Of a stretch of 64,000 nucleotides of DNA, positions 40,401 through 51,497 are shown one piece after another; the stretch's first letter is position 1; each line of letters opens with the position of its first letter. Source of the stretch: Nemertoderma westbladi (lineage: Eukaryota > Animalia > Xenacoelomorpha); contig JAUCBJ010000331.1 in assembly GCA_032718475.1 (NCBI GenBank), positions 1 through 64,000 on the forward strand. The letters run 5' to 3'. Position numbers and translations under genes: made by a program. Below the pieces are notes generated by a model. It saw only the letters and a program-made list of their open reading frames with translations, had not been told where the DNA came from and did not search any database.

Positions 40401-43400
40401 TCTAATCTGTAACTGCTCTGGTCTGTAACTGCTCTGGTCTGTAACTGCTCTGGTCTGTAACTGATCTGGTCTGTAACTGCTCTGGTCTGTAACTGCTCTG
40501 GTCAGTAACTGCTCTGGTCTGTAACTGCTCTGGTCTGTAACTGATCTGGTATGTAACTGCTCTAATCTGTAACTGCTCTGGTCTGTAACTGCTCTGGTCT
40601 GTAACTGCTCTGGTCTGTAACTGATCTGGTCTGGTCTGTAACTGCTCTGGTCTGTAACTGCTCTGGTCAGTAACTGATCTGGTCTGTAACTGCTCTAATC
40701 TGTAACTGCTCTGGTCTGTAACTGCTCTGGTCTGTAACTGCTCTGGTCTGTAACTGATCTGGTCTGGTCTGTAACTGCTCTGGTCTGTAACTGCTCTGGT
40801 CAGTAACTGATCTGGTCTGTAACTGCTCTAATCTGTAACTGCTCTGGTCTGTAACTGCTCTGGTCTGTAACTGCTCTGGTCTGTAACTGATCTGGTCTGG
40901 TCTGTAACTGCTCTAGTCTGTAACTGCCCTGGTCTGTAACTGCTCTGGTCTGTAACTGCTCTGGTCTGTAACTGCTCTGGTCTGTAACTGCTCTGGTCAG
41001 TAACTGCTCTGGTCTGTAACTGCTCTGGTCTGTAACTGATCTGGTCTGTAACTGCTCTAATCTGTAACTGCTCTGGTCTGTAACTGCTCTGGTCTGTAAC
41101 TGCTCTGGTCTGTAACTGATCTGGTCTGGTCTGTAACTGCTCTGGTCTGTAACTGCTCTGGTCAGTAACTGCTCTGGTCTGTAACTACCCTGGTCTGTAA
41201 CTGCTTTGGTCTGTAACTGCTCTGGTCTGTAACTGCTCTGGTCTGTAACTGCCCTGGTCTGTAACTACCCTGGTCTGTAACTGCCCTGGTCTGTAACTGC
41301 TTTGGTCTGTAACTACCCTGGTCTGTAACTGCTCTGGTCTGTAACTGCTCTGGTCTGTAACTGCTTTGGTCTGTAACTGCTCTGGTCTGTAACTGCTCTG
41401 GTCTGTAACTGCTCTGGTCTGTAACTACCCTGGTCTGTAACTGCCCTGGTCTGTAACTGCTTTGGTCTGTAACTGCTCTGGTCTGTAACTGCTCTGGTCT
41501 GTAACTGCCCTGGTCTGTAACTACCCTGGTCTGTAACTGCCCTGGTCTGTAACTGCTTTGGTCTGTAACTACCCTGGTCTGTAACTGCTCTGGTCTGTAA
41601 CTGCTCTGGTCTGTAACTGCTTTGGTCTGTAACTGCTCTGGTCTGTAACTGCTCTGGTCTGTAACTGCTCTGGTCTATAACTGATCTGGTCTGTAACTGC
41701 TCTGCTGTAACTGCCCTGGTCTGTAACTGCACTGGTTTGTAACTTTGCTCTGGACTGTAACTGCACTGGTCTGTAACTGCTCTGGTCTGTAACTGCTTTG
41801 GTCTGTAACTGCTCTGGTCTGTAACTGCTCTGGTCTGTAACTGCTCTGGTCTATAACTGATCTGGTCTGTAACTGCTCTGCTGTAACTGCCCTGGTCTGT
41901 AACTGCACTGGTTTGTAACTTTGCTCTGGACTGTAACTGCACTGGTCTGTAACTACCCTGGTCTGTAACTGCCCTGGTCTGTAACTGCTTTGGTCTGTAA
42001 CTACCCTGGTCTGTAACTGCTCTGGTCTGTAACTGCTCTGGTCTGTAACTGCTTTGGTCTGTAACTGCTCTGGTCTGTAACTGCTCTGGTCTGTAACTGC
42101 TCTGGTCTATAACTGATCTGGTCTGTAACTGCTCTGCTGTAACTGCCCTGGTCTGTAACTGCACTGGTTTGTAACTTTGCTCTGGACTGTAACTGCACTG
42201 GTCTGTAACTGCTCTGGTCTGTAACTGCCCTGGTCTGTAACTACCCTGGTCTGTAACTGCCCTGGTCTGTAACTGCTTTGGTCTGTAACTACCCTGGTCT
42301 GTAACTGCTCTGGTCTGTAACTGCTCTGGTCTGTAACTGCTTTGGTCTGTAACTGCTCTGGTCTGTAACTGCTCTGGTCTGTAACTGCTCTGGTCTATAA
42401 CTGATCTGGTCTGTAACTGCTCTGCTGTAACTGCCCTGGTCTGTAACTGCACTGGTTTGTAACTTTGCTCTGGACTGTAACTGCACTGGTCTGTAACTGC
42501 CCTGGTCTGTAACTGCACTGGTTTGTAACTTTGCTCTGGACTGTAACTGCTCTGGTCTGTAACTGCTCTGGTCTGTAACTGATCTGGTCTGGTCTGTAAC
42601 TGCTCTGGTCTGTAACTGCTCTGGTCTGTAACTGCTCTGGTCTGTAACTGCTTTGGTCTGTAACTGCTCTGGTCTGTAACTGCTCTGGTCTGTAACTGCT
42701 CTGGTCTATAACTGATCTGGTCTGTAACTGCTCTGCTGTAACTGCCCTGGTCTGTAACTGCACTGGTTTGTAACTTTGCTCTGGACTGTAACTGCACTGG
42801 TCTGTAACTGCCCTGGTCTGTAACTGCACTGGTTTGTAACTTTGCTCTGGACTGTAACTGCTCTGGTCTGTAACTGCTCTGGTCTGTAACTGATCTGGTC
42901 TGGTCTGTAACTGCTCTGGTCTGTAACTGCTCTGGTCTGTAACTGATCTGGTCTGTAACTGCTCTAATCTGTAACTGCTCTGGTCTGTAACTGCTCTGGT
43001 CTGTAACTGCTCTGGTCTGTAACTGATCTGGTCTGGTCTGTAACTGCTCTGGTCTGTAACTGCTCTGGTCAGTAACTGCTCTGGTCTGTAACTGCTCTGG
43101 TCTGTAACTGCTCTGGTCTGTAACTGCTCTGGTCTGTAACTGCCCTGGTCTGTAACTACCCTGGTCTGTAACTGCCCTGGTCTGTAACTGCTTTGGTCTG
43201 TAACTACCCTGGTCTGTAACTGCTCTGGTCTGTAACTGCTCTGGTCTGTAACTGCTTTGGTCTGTAACTGCTCTGGTCTGTAACTGCTCTGGTCTGTAAC
43301 TGCTCTGGTCTATAACTGATCTGGTCTGTAACTGCTCTGCTGTAACTGCCCTGGTCTGTAACTGCACTGGTTTGTAACTTTGCTCTGGACTGTAACTGCC

Positions 43401-43502
43401 CTGGTCTGTAACTGCTTTGGTCTGTAACTACCCTGGTCTGTAACTGCTCTGGTCTGTAACTGCTCTGGTCTGTAACTGCTTTGGTCTGTAACTGCTCTGG
43501 TC
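37497..43502. repeat. 16-bp satellite (CTGTAACTGCTCTGGT), about 370 units with higher-order blocks
   Basis: Directly visible. Variants include GCCC, ACCC, GCTT, GATC and GCAC. Blocks with the same variant order recur at 41.3-43.4 kb. Confidence 0.97.
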
Positions 43503-43581
43503 GGGTGGTCCAAGCTGAGTACAATACCTACGAGGAACTGTTTTACGACATCGCGTATCTAGCCATCGACGAGGCGTTACA

Positions 43582-46137
43582 ATGACAACAAATAACGTAT
43601 CCGATACCGACGAGATGGATCACCACACAGACTCGGAAGCCGACGAGGTACCAAACGTCAACAACATGACCCGTCGGTTAGGGGCTCTTAAAGGCGGAGT
43701 ATCCCGAGCGTATCAACGGATGGAGAAACAACTCAAGGGAGTCAAAACCCCCCTCAATGAGGTACAAACTCAGCTTCAAAGTATCCGAAATATCCTACAG
43801 CGGTACGAAAGAATGATACAGGCGTACCAAGAGCTCGTTCCCCCCACCGATCTGGAAAACTACCCCAAGTTGGAAGAACATGTTGTACATCTAGATGGGT
43901 TCCGCAAACAACACCGGAGGACCCTCAGCCTTGTGAGAGGCTATGAGGAACAGTATTACAAGAGGGCTGAAAGAACAGACGCGGAATCAGTACGATCCTC
44001 GAGCATCAGGACAGCAGTACATCGAAAGAGAACGGGGTCCGTTAGAAATCAGCACTCCAGCGCTAGGAGCGAGATATCCGGCTCAGCGCGCAGTTCTCAA
44101 GGGGCGCCGCCACTCCGAGACCAACTGCGAGAACGGAAGGCATTAGCCCTCAAAGCTCGGATGGAAGATGAGTATATTCAACTGCAAGCCGAGCAAGATG
44201 TATTAGCCGCCGAAACACAAAAGCGAGAGGCCGAACAAGCGGCCGAACGGCAGGCCGAACAACGCGAACAGGAGGCCGAACAACATAGACGAGAGGCCGA
44301 ACGGCAGGCCGAACAACGCAAACAGGAGGCCGAACAACATAGACGAGAGGCCGAACGGCAGGCCGAACAACGCAAACAGGAGGCCGAACAACGCGGACGA
44401 GAGGCCGAACGAGAGATTGAACAACGTAAATGGGAAGCGGAAATGCGTAAACAACACGCCGAGGCCCAAGCAATTCTCATCCACAAAAAGAATGCGGATA
44501 TTGCAAAACTCGCAGAATACGAAGCCGCACTTATAGAACGAGATATTCAACTCTACGAGGACTGGGAAAGGGATATAGATCAGGAATATGAACCAATTCC
44601 GGTACCGGAGTTAGAAAAGTCATTTACACCAACAGCGGCGAAACCTCCGAAACCCGAGATCCCGCCTACCAAACAGTCTACGCTATCGGCACAAGCCCTG
44701 GTGTTCCATCCCCCACCGGCTACGCTAAAGAATGAGGAACCTTATTTCCCATCCAACACCACGACAGCGAGTGTACCCAAGTACGAGCCTGAAAAGGACT
44801 CGGAACGGGACGCCACTCCCCGATCGAACAACCCATTTACATCAACACCACAAACTCGTAGCCGCGTCATTATTAAAACTCCACCTATTATTGATCCATC
44901 AAGTATGGGAGTGAGTGCCAATAACTATAACCCTCCGAGTCACTCCAGTTCAGATGACGTCAGCATCATCCGGGTGTTGGAGAACCGCCTTGCCATGCCT
45001 AAGATGGAGATTCGCACCTTCGAAGGAGATCCCGTCGATTACCTCAGATTCAAGAAACGGTTCTTTGCGCAGATCGGATCAACGGACATAGCCGACGCAC
45101 AGAAATTGGTATATTTATCACAATACCTGGGTGACAAACCACGCAGAATTATTGCATGTTTTGAAGGAGGTTCTCATGAGGCATACTATGACGCATGGAA
45201 AACTCTGGATAAAAGATACGGAAATACCGGAACTATAATTAATAAAACTCTAGAGAGACTGATACAGGACGCGGGATCACTAGGGGAACCACAGAACATA
45301 CAGGAATTCTCCGACTCTATGAAGGATGCCTACTATACTCTGAAACCCTTAAATAAGGAGGACCAGGTGAACAACATTCTAAACCTCCGACAGATCGCCA
45401 AGAAGTTCCCCGGATGGTTACAAAGTAAGTGGGCTTATAAATGTGTAGATCTCCGGCGCAGACATCCAGATCGAGATCCTAGCTTCCTTGAAATGTCGGC
45501 ATTCCTAGACGATATCTCCGAAGCCATGAATGACTCAATGTTTTCAAAACAAAGTCTCGCAAAGTTGGACGGAATAGAGAGCAACTCCAGGAGTAAGATA
45601 ACCCCTCCGAAACCGAGATTCCGCCCCCCACCGGTAAGTACGATGGCCATTACCATGGCCGAGGATTCCGACGACGAAGACTACGAGGAACCGACATCCG
45701 CCGAGGAATGGGCATGTTATCTCGCGAATTGGGCACCCGAAAGGGAAGGCATCACAAATTCCCTGCTCTGTCTCTTCTGTGGGGAGAAACATAAAGTGGA
45801 ATTCTGCAGAAAGTTTCAGTTCGCCGAACTCGTCCCACGCTTCGAGGCAATAATGAAACACCGAGGATGCTTCCGGTGTCTTGGAACAGGTCACTATGTT
45901 CGGGAGTGCGACCAAAGATCATGCTGTGCTGTCTGTAACGACCAACGCCATCACACGCTCCTCCACATCCCCACGAACTTCGATTTTACTACCCTCCCCT
46001 TTCGGATCGAAGCCAGGCGAAGAGGAGAAACAAACCACATCTTCAAAGGAACCCGGACAACCCAACGGAGAGAAACCAACCCGTTTAAAATCTCCACCGA
46101 TACACCACAAGTAACCAATATTTCTGGCCACGATTAA
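43582..46137 (+). CDS. gag: BEL/Pao Gag, 851 aa
   Basis: Coiled coil with 54-nt tandem repeats. MPKMEIRTFEGDP.DY..F...F...I and KL.YL.QYL...P..II...Y..AW..L..RYG (DUF1759-like). Three knuckles: CLFC..KH....C, CFRC...GH....C, CAVC...HHTLLH. Confidence 0.92.
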   Translation: MTTNNVSDTDEMDHHTDSEADEVPNVNNMTRRLGALKGGVSRAYQRMEKQLKGVKTPLNEVQTQLQSIRNILQRYERMIQAYQELVPPTDLENYPKLEEHVVHLDGFRKQHRRTLSLVRGYEEQYYKRAERTDAESVRSSSIRTAVHRKRTGSVRNQHSSARSEISGSARSSQGAPPLRDQLRERKALALKARMEDEYIQLQAEQDVLAAETQKREAEQAAERQAEQREQEAEQHRREAERQAEQRKQEAEQHRREAERQAEQRKQEAEQRGREAEREIEQRKWEAEMRKQHAEAQAILIHKKNADIAKLAEYEAALIERDIQLYEDWERDIDQEYEPIPVPELEKSFTPTAAKPPKPEIPPTKQSTLSAQALVFHPPPATLKNEEPYFPSNTTTASVPKYEPEKDSERDATPRSNNPFTSTPQTRSRVIIKTPPIIDPSSMGVSANNYNPPSHSSSDDVSIIRVLENRLAMPKMEIRTFEGDPVDYLRFKKRFFAQIGSTDIADAQKLVYLSQYLGDKPRRIIACFEGGSHEAYYDAWKTLDKRYGNTGTIINKTLERLIQDAGSLGEPQNIQEFSDSMKDAYYTLKPLNKEDQVNNILNLRQIAKKFPGWLQSKWAYKCVDLRRRHPDRDPSFLEMSAFLDDISEAMNDSMFSKQSLAKLDGIESNSRSKITPPKPRFRPPPVSTMAITMAEDSDDEDYEEPTSAEEWACYLANWAPEREGITNSLLCLFCGEKHKVEFCRKFQFAELVPRFEAIMKHRGCFRCLGTGHYVRECDQRSCCAVCNDQRHHTLLHIPTNFDFTTLPFRIEARRRGETNHIFKGTRTTQRRETNPFKISTDTPQVTNISGHD

Positions 46138-46156
46138 TCTTATAAATCGCCGCTAC

Positions 46157-49100
46157 ATGGTTTTCGCAAAGGTAATCCCAGTAAGGATCCAAGGAGTCGG
46201 CAAATCTTTGACGACACTCGTGTTCCTCGATAACGGGTCTGACGGAACCATCATCGACCGGGATTTCCTCGAGCAACTCGGCCTAGAATATGAACCTTGT
46301 AAACGGCCCATACAAACCATCACCGATAACAGAGAAGTAGAGTCCGGGGAGGTACAACTCCAGATGGAAGGAGTGATGAAGGGCTACGAAACGGCTAAGT
46401 TAACCATCAAGAACGCCTTGTTACACACAGACCTCCGGGTGCGGTTCCGACAATCAGCCGAGTATGCCCCCCTCATACAATTGGACCGAGACGATGTAGA
46501 CCTGAGGTGTCCGCAGTTGGACGTGAACCGTATCACCCTACTGATCGGACTTGATATACTGGAACTACACATCCCCACCGGAGATATCGCTCGATCTATA
46601 AACCAGGATGATGGATTTTATGCTGAACGAACAATAATGGGATGGACACTCTGCGGCATTAAGGAGGAAACTACGGACACCTATACCTACCTTCCTAAAT
46701 GTCAGATTAAAGAGAATGTAACCTCTGTGGGTTATTGCTCAGCTTCGGATCTCGACGAGGATTTGTTTCTGGAAACCGAGAAAACCCAACGAGAGATGAC
46801 GAAATATTTTAATTTGGAGACCCAGGAGTTCGCGGAAAAGGACGAAAACCCATCCGAAGAGGACCAATATTGTATGGACGTTCTCGACCAGGCCACGTTT
46901 AAAGACGGACATTGGTGTTCACCTATGTTATGGAAGGATCCAAACAAACCAATGGCAAACAACGCCAGCATGGCACTTAGGCGACTTAAAGGGATTCTAC
47001 GCCGGCTGACTGACCAACCCGAGATAAAGGAGAAATATAATACCGTAATCCAAGGATATCTCGATGATGGATTAGCAGAAATGGTACCACGGAATGAACT
47101 GCAAGGTGGTGAAAGAACATATTATCTCCCAACCCACTATGTAGTAGAAGCCCGCAAAGGTGGGAAAATCCGAGTGGTAAATGATGCTGCCGCTATGTAC
47201 CAGGGCGAATCCCTAAACAGTCAGCTTTACACGGGACCCAACATATATAGTACACTCATCGGCGTATTGATCAGGTTCAGGGAAAACCGGGTAGCATTCA
47301 CCTGTGACATCAAGGCCATGTTTCATCAAGTTCGTACGTTACCAAGAGACTCGGACTGTCTACGTATCCTATGGACGGATAAAACGCTTACTCAACAGGA
47401 GATTAGCCAACTCACGATCAAGGACGTAGACGTAATGCGTATGGTCGTCAGGATCTTCGGCGCTAAGGACTCGCCGGTAGCATGCAGTAACATGCTAAAG
47501 AGGACAGCAACTATGTGCGAAAACGAGTTCCCTCCAACCGTCATAGAAACCATTCAACGATGCTTCTATGTGGACGACGGATGCGCTGGCGCGGATAATG
47601 TGGATGAGGCATATCGGCTAGCAATGGGGATGGTAGAATGTCTGAAGAAAGGAGGGTTTCCGCTCGTGAAGTTCAGATCCCACGACAAAACACTTATGGA
47701 AAAGTTTCCAGAGGACATCCGGCTGGAAAATAACAAAATGTATTCGGAGGATGTGGAACATCGTGTACTTGGGATTGAATGGGACATAGAATCAGACGAA
47801 TTCATCTTCAAATATAAACCCCTACCCAAGCCTATGACAAAAAGGGGATGTTTGTCGATAAAAAGCGCCATCTTCGACCCACTAAATTTCATATCTCCAG
47901 TAACCTTGGCCGGAATGAACCTGATTAAGGAAATGTGGATAGAAGGACTGGGATGGGACGAAGAGCTCCCCCCATACCTCAGCGTCAAATGGAGAAAATG
48001 GACGGAGCAGCTCGAACACCTACACCTTATGCGGATACCTAGACCGTTCTTCCTCGATAAATTGCCCACCGATATCTTCCAGCTCCACACCTTTTCGGAT
48101 GCTTCGAATACCGGAATCGGCGTAGTCACCTTCCTACGGAGACTAAGTAACGATGGAAACGGCGATACAAGCTTCTTATTCTCCAAAGCAAAGACAGTAT
48201 CCGGGGAATTCGTAGCAACGATCCCGAGACTCGAGCTACAAGCTGCAGTTTGGGCAGTAAGACAGAATCGCATGGTCATGCGGAATCTACGGATCCCCAT
48301 AGAATCTCAACACTTCTGGGTAGATTCGAGTATAGTTCTCTATTATCTCCACTCTCCATCACGGCGTCACACCACATTTGTTGCAAACCGAGCCACGGAG
48401 ATTAAACAGTGTACCGGCCGAGAACAGTGGCATCACGTGAATGGGAAGGAAAACCCAGCGGACTTATCAAGCCGAGGCGCCACCCCAAAACAACTCGGTA
48501 AAAGTAAACTCTGGCTTACAGGCCCGGAATTCCTACGGCAGCCACAATTAACATGGAGTACCCGATTCGACCCCGAGCTCGATAGCGGAAAATACTCCGA
48601 GGACGATAAAGAGATCCGTAAAATCCATCGAAGCAACGCGGTGGAAATTTATAGTTGTCTGACTGAGCCTGCAAAGGACTCGGGCAGGCACTATAACGTC
48701 GCGACGATCACTCAACTAGCGGCGTCTTTACATCGGTTGATCGAGCGAACTTCATCCATGAGACGGCTCGTCCACTACGTTATAACCCTTCGCAACTTCC
48801 TACGGTGGAAAAACAACAAACCGATAGTTCAACGGAATATACAAGAACTTATTATCGCGGAGAAGTGTATTGTTAGATATGTCCAGAAAGAAAGTTTCCC
48901 CGATGAATGGGAACAACTTAGTGCGGGCAAAACGTTGAAACCGGACAGCCCAGTCTACCAACTGAGACCAATGATGGGAGAGGACGGACTGATCCGACTG
49001 AATACCCGGATGGCAAACGCCCCGGTCGAATATGAGGTTAAATACCCGGCGCTTCTGCCCGGAACGTCGACACTAGCTAAGCTATTAATTCTACAATGTC

Positions 49101-50272
49101 ACGAGGACAACCACCACGCAGGACAGAATTGGATTATAGCTAATATAAGACAAAGATATTGGATCACCCACATCCAGCCACTGATCCGGAAAGTGTTGAA
49201 ACGTTGCTTCACCTGCAGACGTTACCTAGCGCCACCAATCACCCAAAAGATGGCCGACTTACCAGCCACCCGTCTACAAGCGGATTCCCCACCATTCTAC
49301 GTCACCGGAGTGGACTGTTTCGGACCGTTCACGGTTATTGAACGACGATCCAACATCAAATGCTGGGGAGCCATCTTCACCTGCCTAAGGTCTAGGGCAA
49401 TTTACCTAGATATCGTGGTAAATCTGACACAACACGCATTCATCAACGCTCTGCGTCGATTCGTGGCGAACAACGGGACATGCCGCCACATGTATTCCGA
49501 TAACGGTACAAACTTTGTGGGAGGAGAAAGAGAACTTAGAGAGGCGATCGAGGGATGGTTTACCGATAACACCGCATCCCAAGTCTGGAAGGAACACCAG
49601 ATACAGTGGCACTTCCAGACCCCCTTAGCACCCCATACGAGCGGGGTATGGGAGAAACTGATCGACCTAGTGAAACGATCCATGCGCGTCGCTCTAGGCG
49701 ATACCCGGGTAACCCATGACACCCTCCGCACAACATTCTGCGAGATCACGGCTACCCTGAACAACCGACCCATTGTTCCTATCCGCGACGACCCCACAGA
49801 CCTGGAGCCCCTCACTCCTAACCACTTACTGGGGAGACCCAAAACCCACGTCCTCCCGGAAACCATGTTCCCGGATCCCAACGAGATCGCGAAACATACA
49901 AACTGGAAAAAGGCCCAAGCGTTGGCAGCGCATTGGTGGAGAATTTGGGCCCAGGAGTATCTCATAACCCTCCGGACCAGGAGGAAATGGAACAACACCT
50001 ACAGGAACGTCGCAGTTGGCGACATGGTACTAGTTAGAGAAGATCTCAAAGACCGCGTTCACTGGCCTGTGGCGCGGGTCGTGACCATACACCCAAGCAA
50101 AGACGGACTTGCGAGGACTGTGACGATACGAACGAAATCGGGCCACTACCAACGCCCCATCCAAAAGCTGTGCCTTCTTGAAGGCAATGATAGCGGTGAC
50201 TCTACGAGAGGTGATAAGTTCCCTACTCAAGATCCTGCTGCAGACATCGGTGACAATTATAAATGCGTTTGA
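46157..50272 (+). CDS. pol: BEL/Pao Pol (protease, RT, RNase H, integrase), 1371 aa, uninterrupted
   Basis: Protease FLDNGSDGT. RT DIKAMFHQV and FYVDD. RNase H FSDAS, IPRLEL and NPADLSSRG. Integrase HHCC, VDCFGP, SDNGTNF, GVWEKLI and LTPNHLL. Confidence 0.95.
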   Translation: MVFAKVIPVRIQGVGKSLTTLVFLDNGSDGTIIDRDFLEQLGLEYEPCKRPIQTITDNREVESGEVQLQMEGVMKGYETAKLTIKNALLHTDLRVRFRQSAEYAPLIQLDRDDVDLRCPQLDVNRITLLIGLDILELHIPTGDIARSINQDDGFYAERTIMGWTLCGIKEETTDTYTYLPKCQIKENVTSVGYCSASDLDEDLFLETEKTQREMTKYFNLETQEFAEKDENPSEEDQYCMDVLDQATFKDGHWCSPMLWKDPNKPMANNASMALRRLKGILRRLTDQPEIKEKYNTVIQGYLDDGLAEMVPRNELQGGERTYYLPTHYVVEARKGGKIRVVNDAAAMYQGESLNSQLYTGPNIYSTLIGVLIRFRENRVAFTCDIKAMFHQVRTLPRDSDCLRILWTDKTLTQQEISQLTIKDVDVMRMVVRIFGAKDSPVACSNMLKRTATMCENEFPPTVIETIQRCFYVDDGCAGADNVDEAYRLAMGMVECLKKGGFPLVKFRSHDKTLMEKFPEDIRLENNKMYSEDVEHRVLGIEWDIESDEFIFKYKPLPKPMTKRGCLSIKSAIFDPLNFISPVTLAGMNLIKEMWIEGLGWDEELPPYLSVKWRKWTEQLEHLHLMRIPRPFFLDKLPTDIFQLHTFSDASNTGIGVVTFLRRLSNDGNGDTSFLFSKAKTVSGEFVATIPRLELQAAVWAVRQNRMVMRNLRIPIESQHFWVDSSIVLYYLHSPSRRHTTFVANRATEIKQCTGREQWHHVNGKENPADLSSRGATPKQLGKSKLWLTGPEFLRQPQLTWSTRFDPELDSGKYSEDDKEIRKIHRSNAVEIYSCLTEPAKDSGRHYNVATITQLAASLHRLIERTSSMRRLVHYVITLRNFLRWKNNKPIVQRNIQELIIAEKCIVRYVQKESFPDEWEQLSAGKTLKPDSPVYQLRPMMGEDGLIRLNTRMANAPVEYEVKYPALLPGTSTLAKLLILQCHEDNHHAGQNWIIANIRQRYWITHIQPLIRKVLKRCFTCRRYLAPPITQKMADLPATRLQADSPPFYVTGVDCFGPFTVIERRSNIKCWGAIFTCLRSRAIYLDIVVNLTQHAFINALRRFVANNGTCRHMYSDNGTNFVGGERELREAIEGWFTDNTASQVWKEHQIQWHFQTPLAPHTSGVWEKLIDLVKRSMRVALGDTRVTHDTLRTTFCEITATLNNRPIVPIRDDPTDLEPLTPNHLLGRPKTHVLPETMFPDPNEIAKHTNWKKAQALAAHWWRIWAQEYLITLRTRRKWNNTYRNVAVGDMVLVREDLKDRVHWPVARVVTIHPSKDGLARTVTIRTKSGHYQRPIQKLCLLEGNDSGDSTRGDKFPTQDPAADIGDNYKCV

Positions 50273-50549
50273 ACCCTTCTCATCATGTTGACAAACTCTT
50301 TTTAACTGTGATTTACTGACAATGAGTTATGGACCCCCCTTAAACCAACTGTAACCACGCAATGGTATTTGTGTTTCCTCGTGTGTTATGTGGAGTCCAG
50401 CATCACCCTGCAGATGTTTCGACTGACGCAGGGTCGTTTATGTTTTGTTTACCCTGATTTTGGTCATCAGGACCTACGATATTGGATTATTGGAGATGGA
50501 AAAGATTTGAAGTGGAATTCATTGTATTCATCGCAGTATGTTATGTTGT

Positions 50550-50970
50550 CCGTTGCGTGTGCAGTTCGGGGCGTAGGCGGTGTAACGAGTCCAGCTGTAG
50601 ATCCCGGATTGCCGCGCAACACCCCCTCTATCCCGTTATTCTGGTGGGTCCATGGTGCATCCACATGACTTCGACGATAGAGGGTTTTATGTTTCTCAGT
50701 CGCGTTATTCTGGTGGGACCGTTGCGTGGATTTTGGGGCGTAGGCGGTGTAACGAGTCCAGCTGTAGATCCCAGAATGTTGCGTAACCCCATCCCACATG
50801 ACTTCGTCGACTGAGCTTTATGTTGTTGGGAGTGTTATTCTGGTGGGTCCATGGTGCATCCACGTGACTTCACTCCCAGTGTCGTCATTGTCCGTTACGT
50901 GCGCAGTTTGGGGCGTAGGCGGTGTAACGAGTCCAGCTGTAGATCCCGGATTGCCGCGTAACACCCCTTC
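50550..50970 (+). repeat. Triplicated structured-RNA-like modules between pol and ORF3
   Basis: GGGGCGTAGGCGGTGTAACGAGTCCAGCTGTAGATCCC starts at 50568, 50735 and 50910. GTTATTCTGGTGGG...CCAC(A/G)TGAC starts at 50635, 50704 and 50834. Confidence 0.85.
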
Positions 50971-51497
50971 CACGACAAAGATTAACCAAAGAAAATGATT
51001 GAATATAGTTGGAAACGATGAAAAGGATCAGACAACTCTACTATAAACCTGAATGATGATGCGTATGCTGATGAAAATGAAATGATGCGCACCCTGGTGC
51101 TGCGCTTATAACAATGATGATAGCCGGGGGGCTATAAACCCAATGATGATGTGGAAATAAATAAATGTGAAATAAATGGTGGAAATAAATATGTTGAAAT
51201 ATGTGGAAATAAATGAAATGAGATGAAATAATAATGAAATGAAAAAAGACAAAAAAAAGGTATAAAAAGGTCTAAGAAAAGAATTGGAAAAAAGAAAGGA
51301 CAAAAAAGTCATAAAAAACTGGTTGGATATTAATGTATAGTTATAGTAACTGTAAATGCTGAATGTATTAGCAATAAGATGATAGATGCCTATATAGCAA
51401 TGTTATTAATAAACTGAATTAAATAAAAAACTGAATCATTCTGCTATCGCTATAGTTTCAGACTTTCTGGACTTATAATTAACTGATCTAATTTGTA

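Noticed and set aside
37497-43502. 16-bp satellite as an amplified splice acceptor (TTACAG on the minus strand) or as LTR-derived
   Set aside because: There is no polypyrimidine tract and no recognisable exon at either end. The resemblance to ACTGCCC...CTCTGGTC in the LTR is too short to support.
37950-43524. Minus-strand QLQTRAVTDQSSYRPE repeat ORFs
   Set aside because: These are translations of the 16-bp satellite with frequent frame changes and no unique coding flanks.
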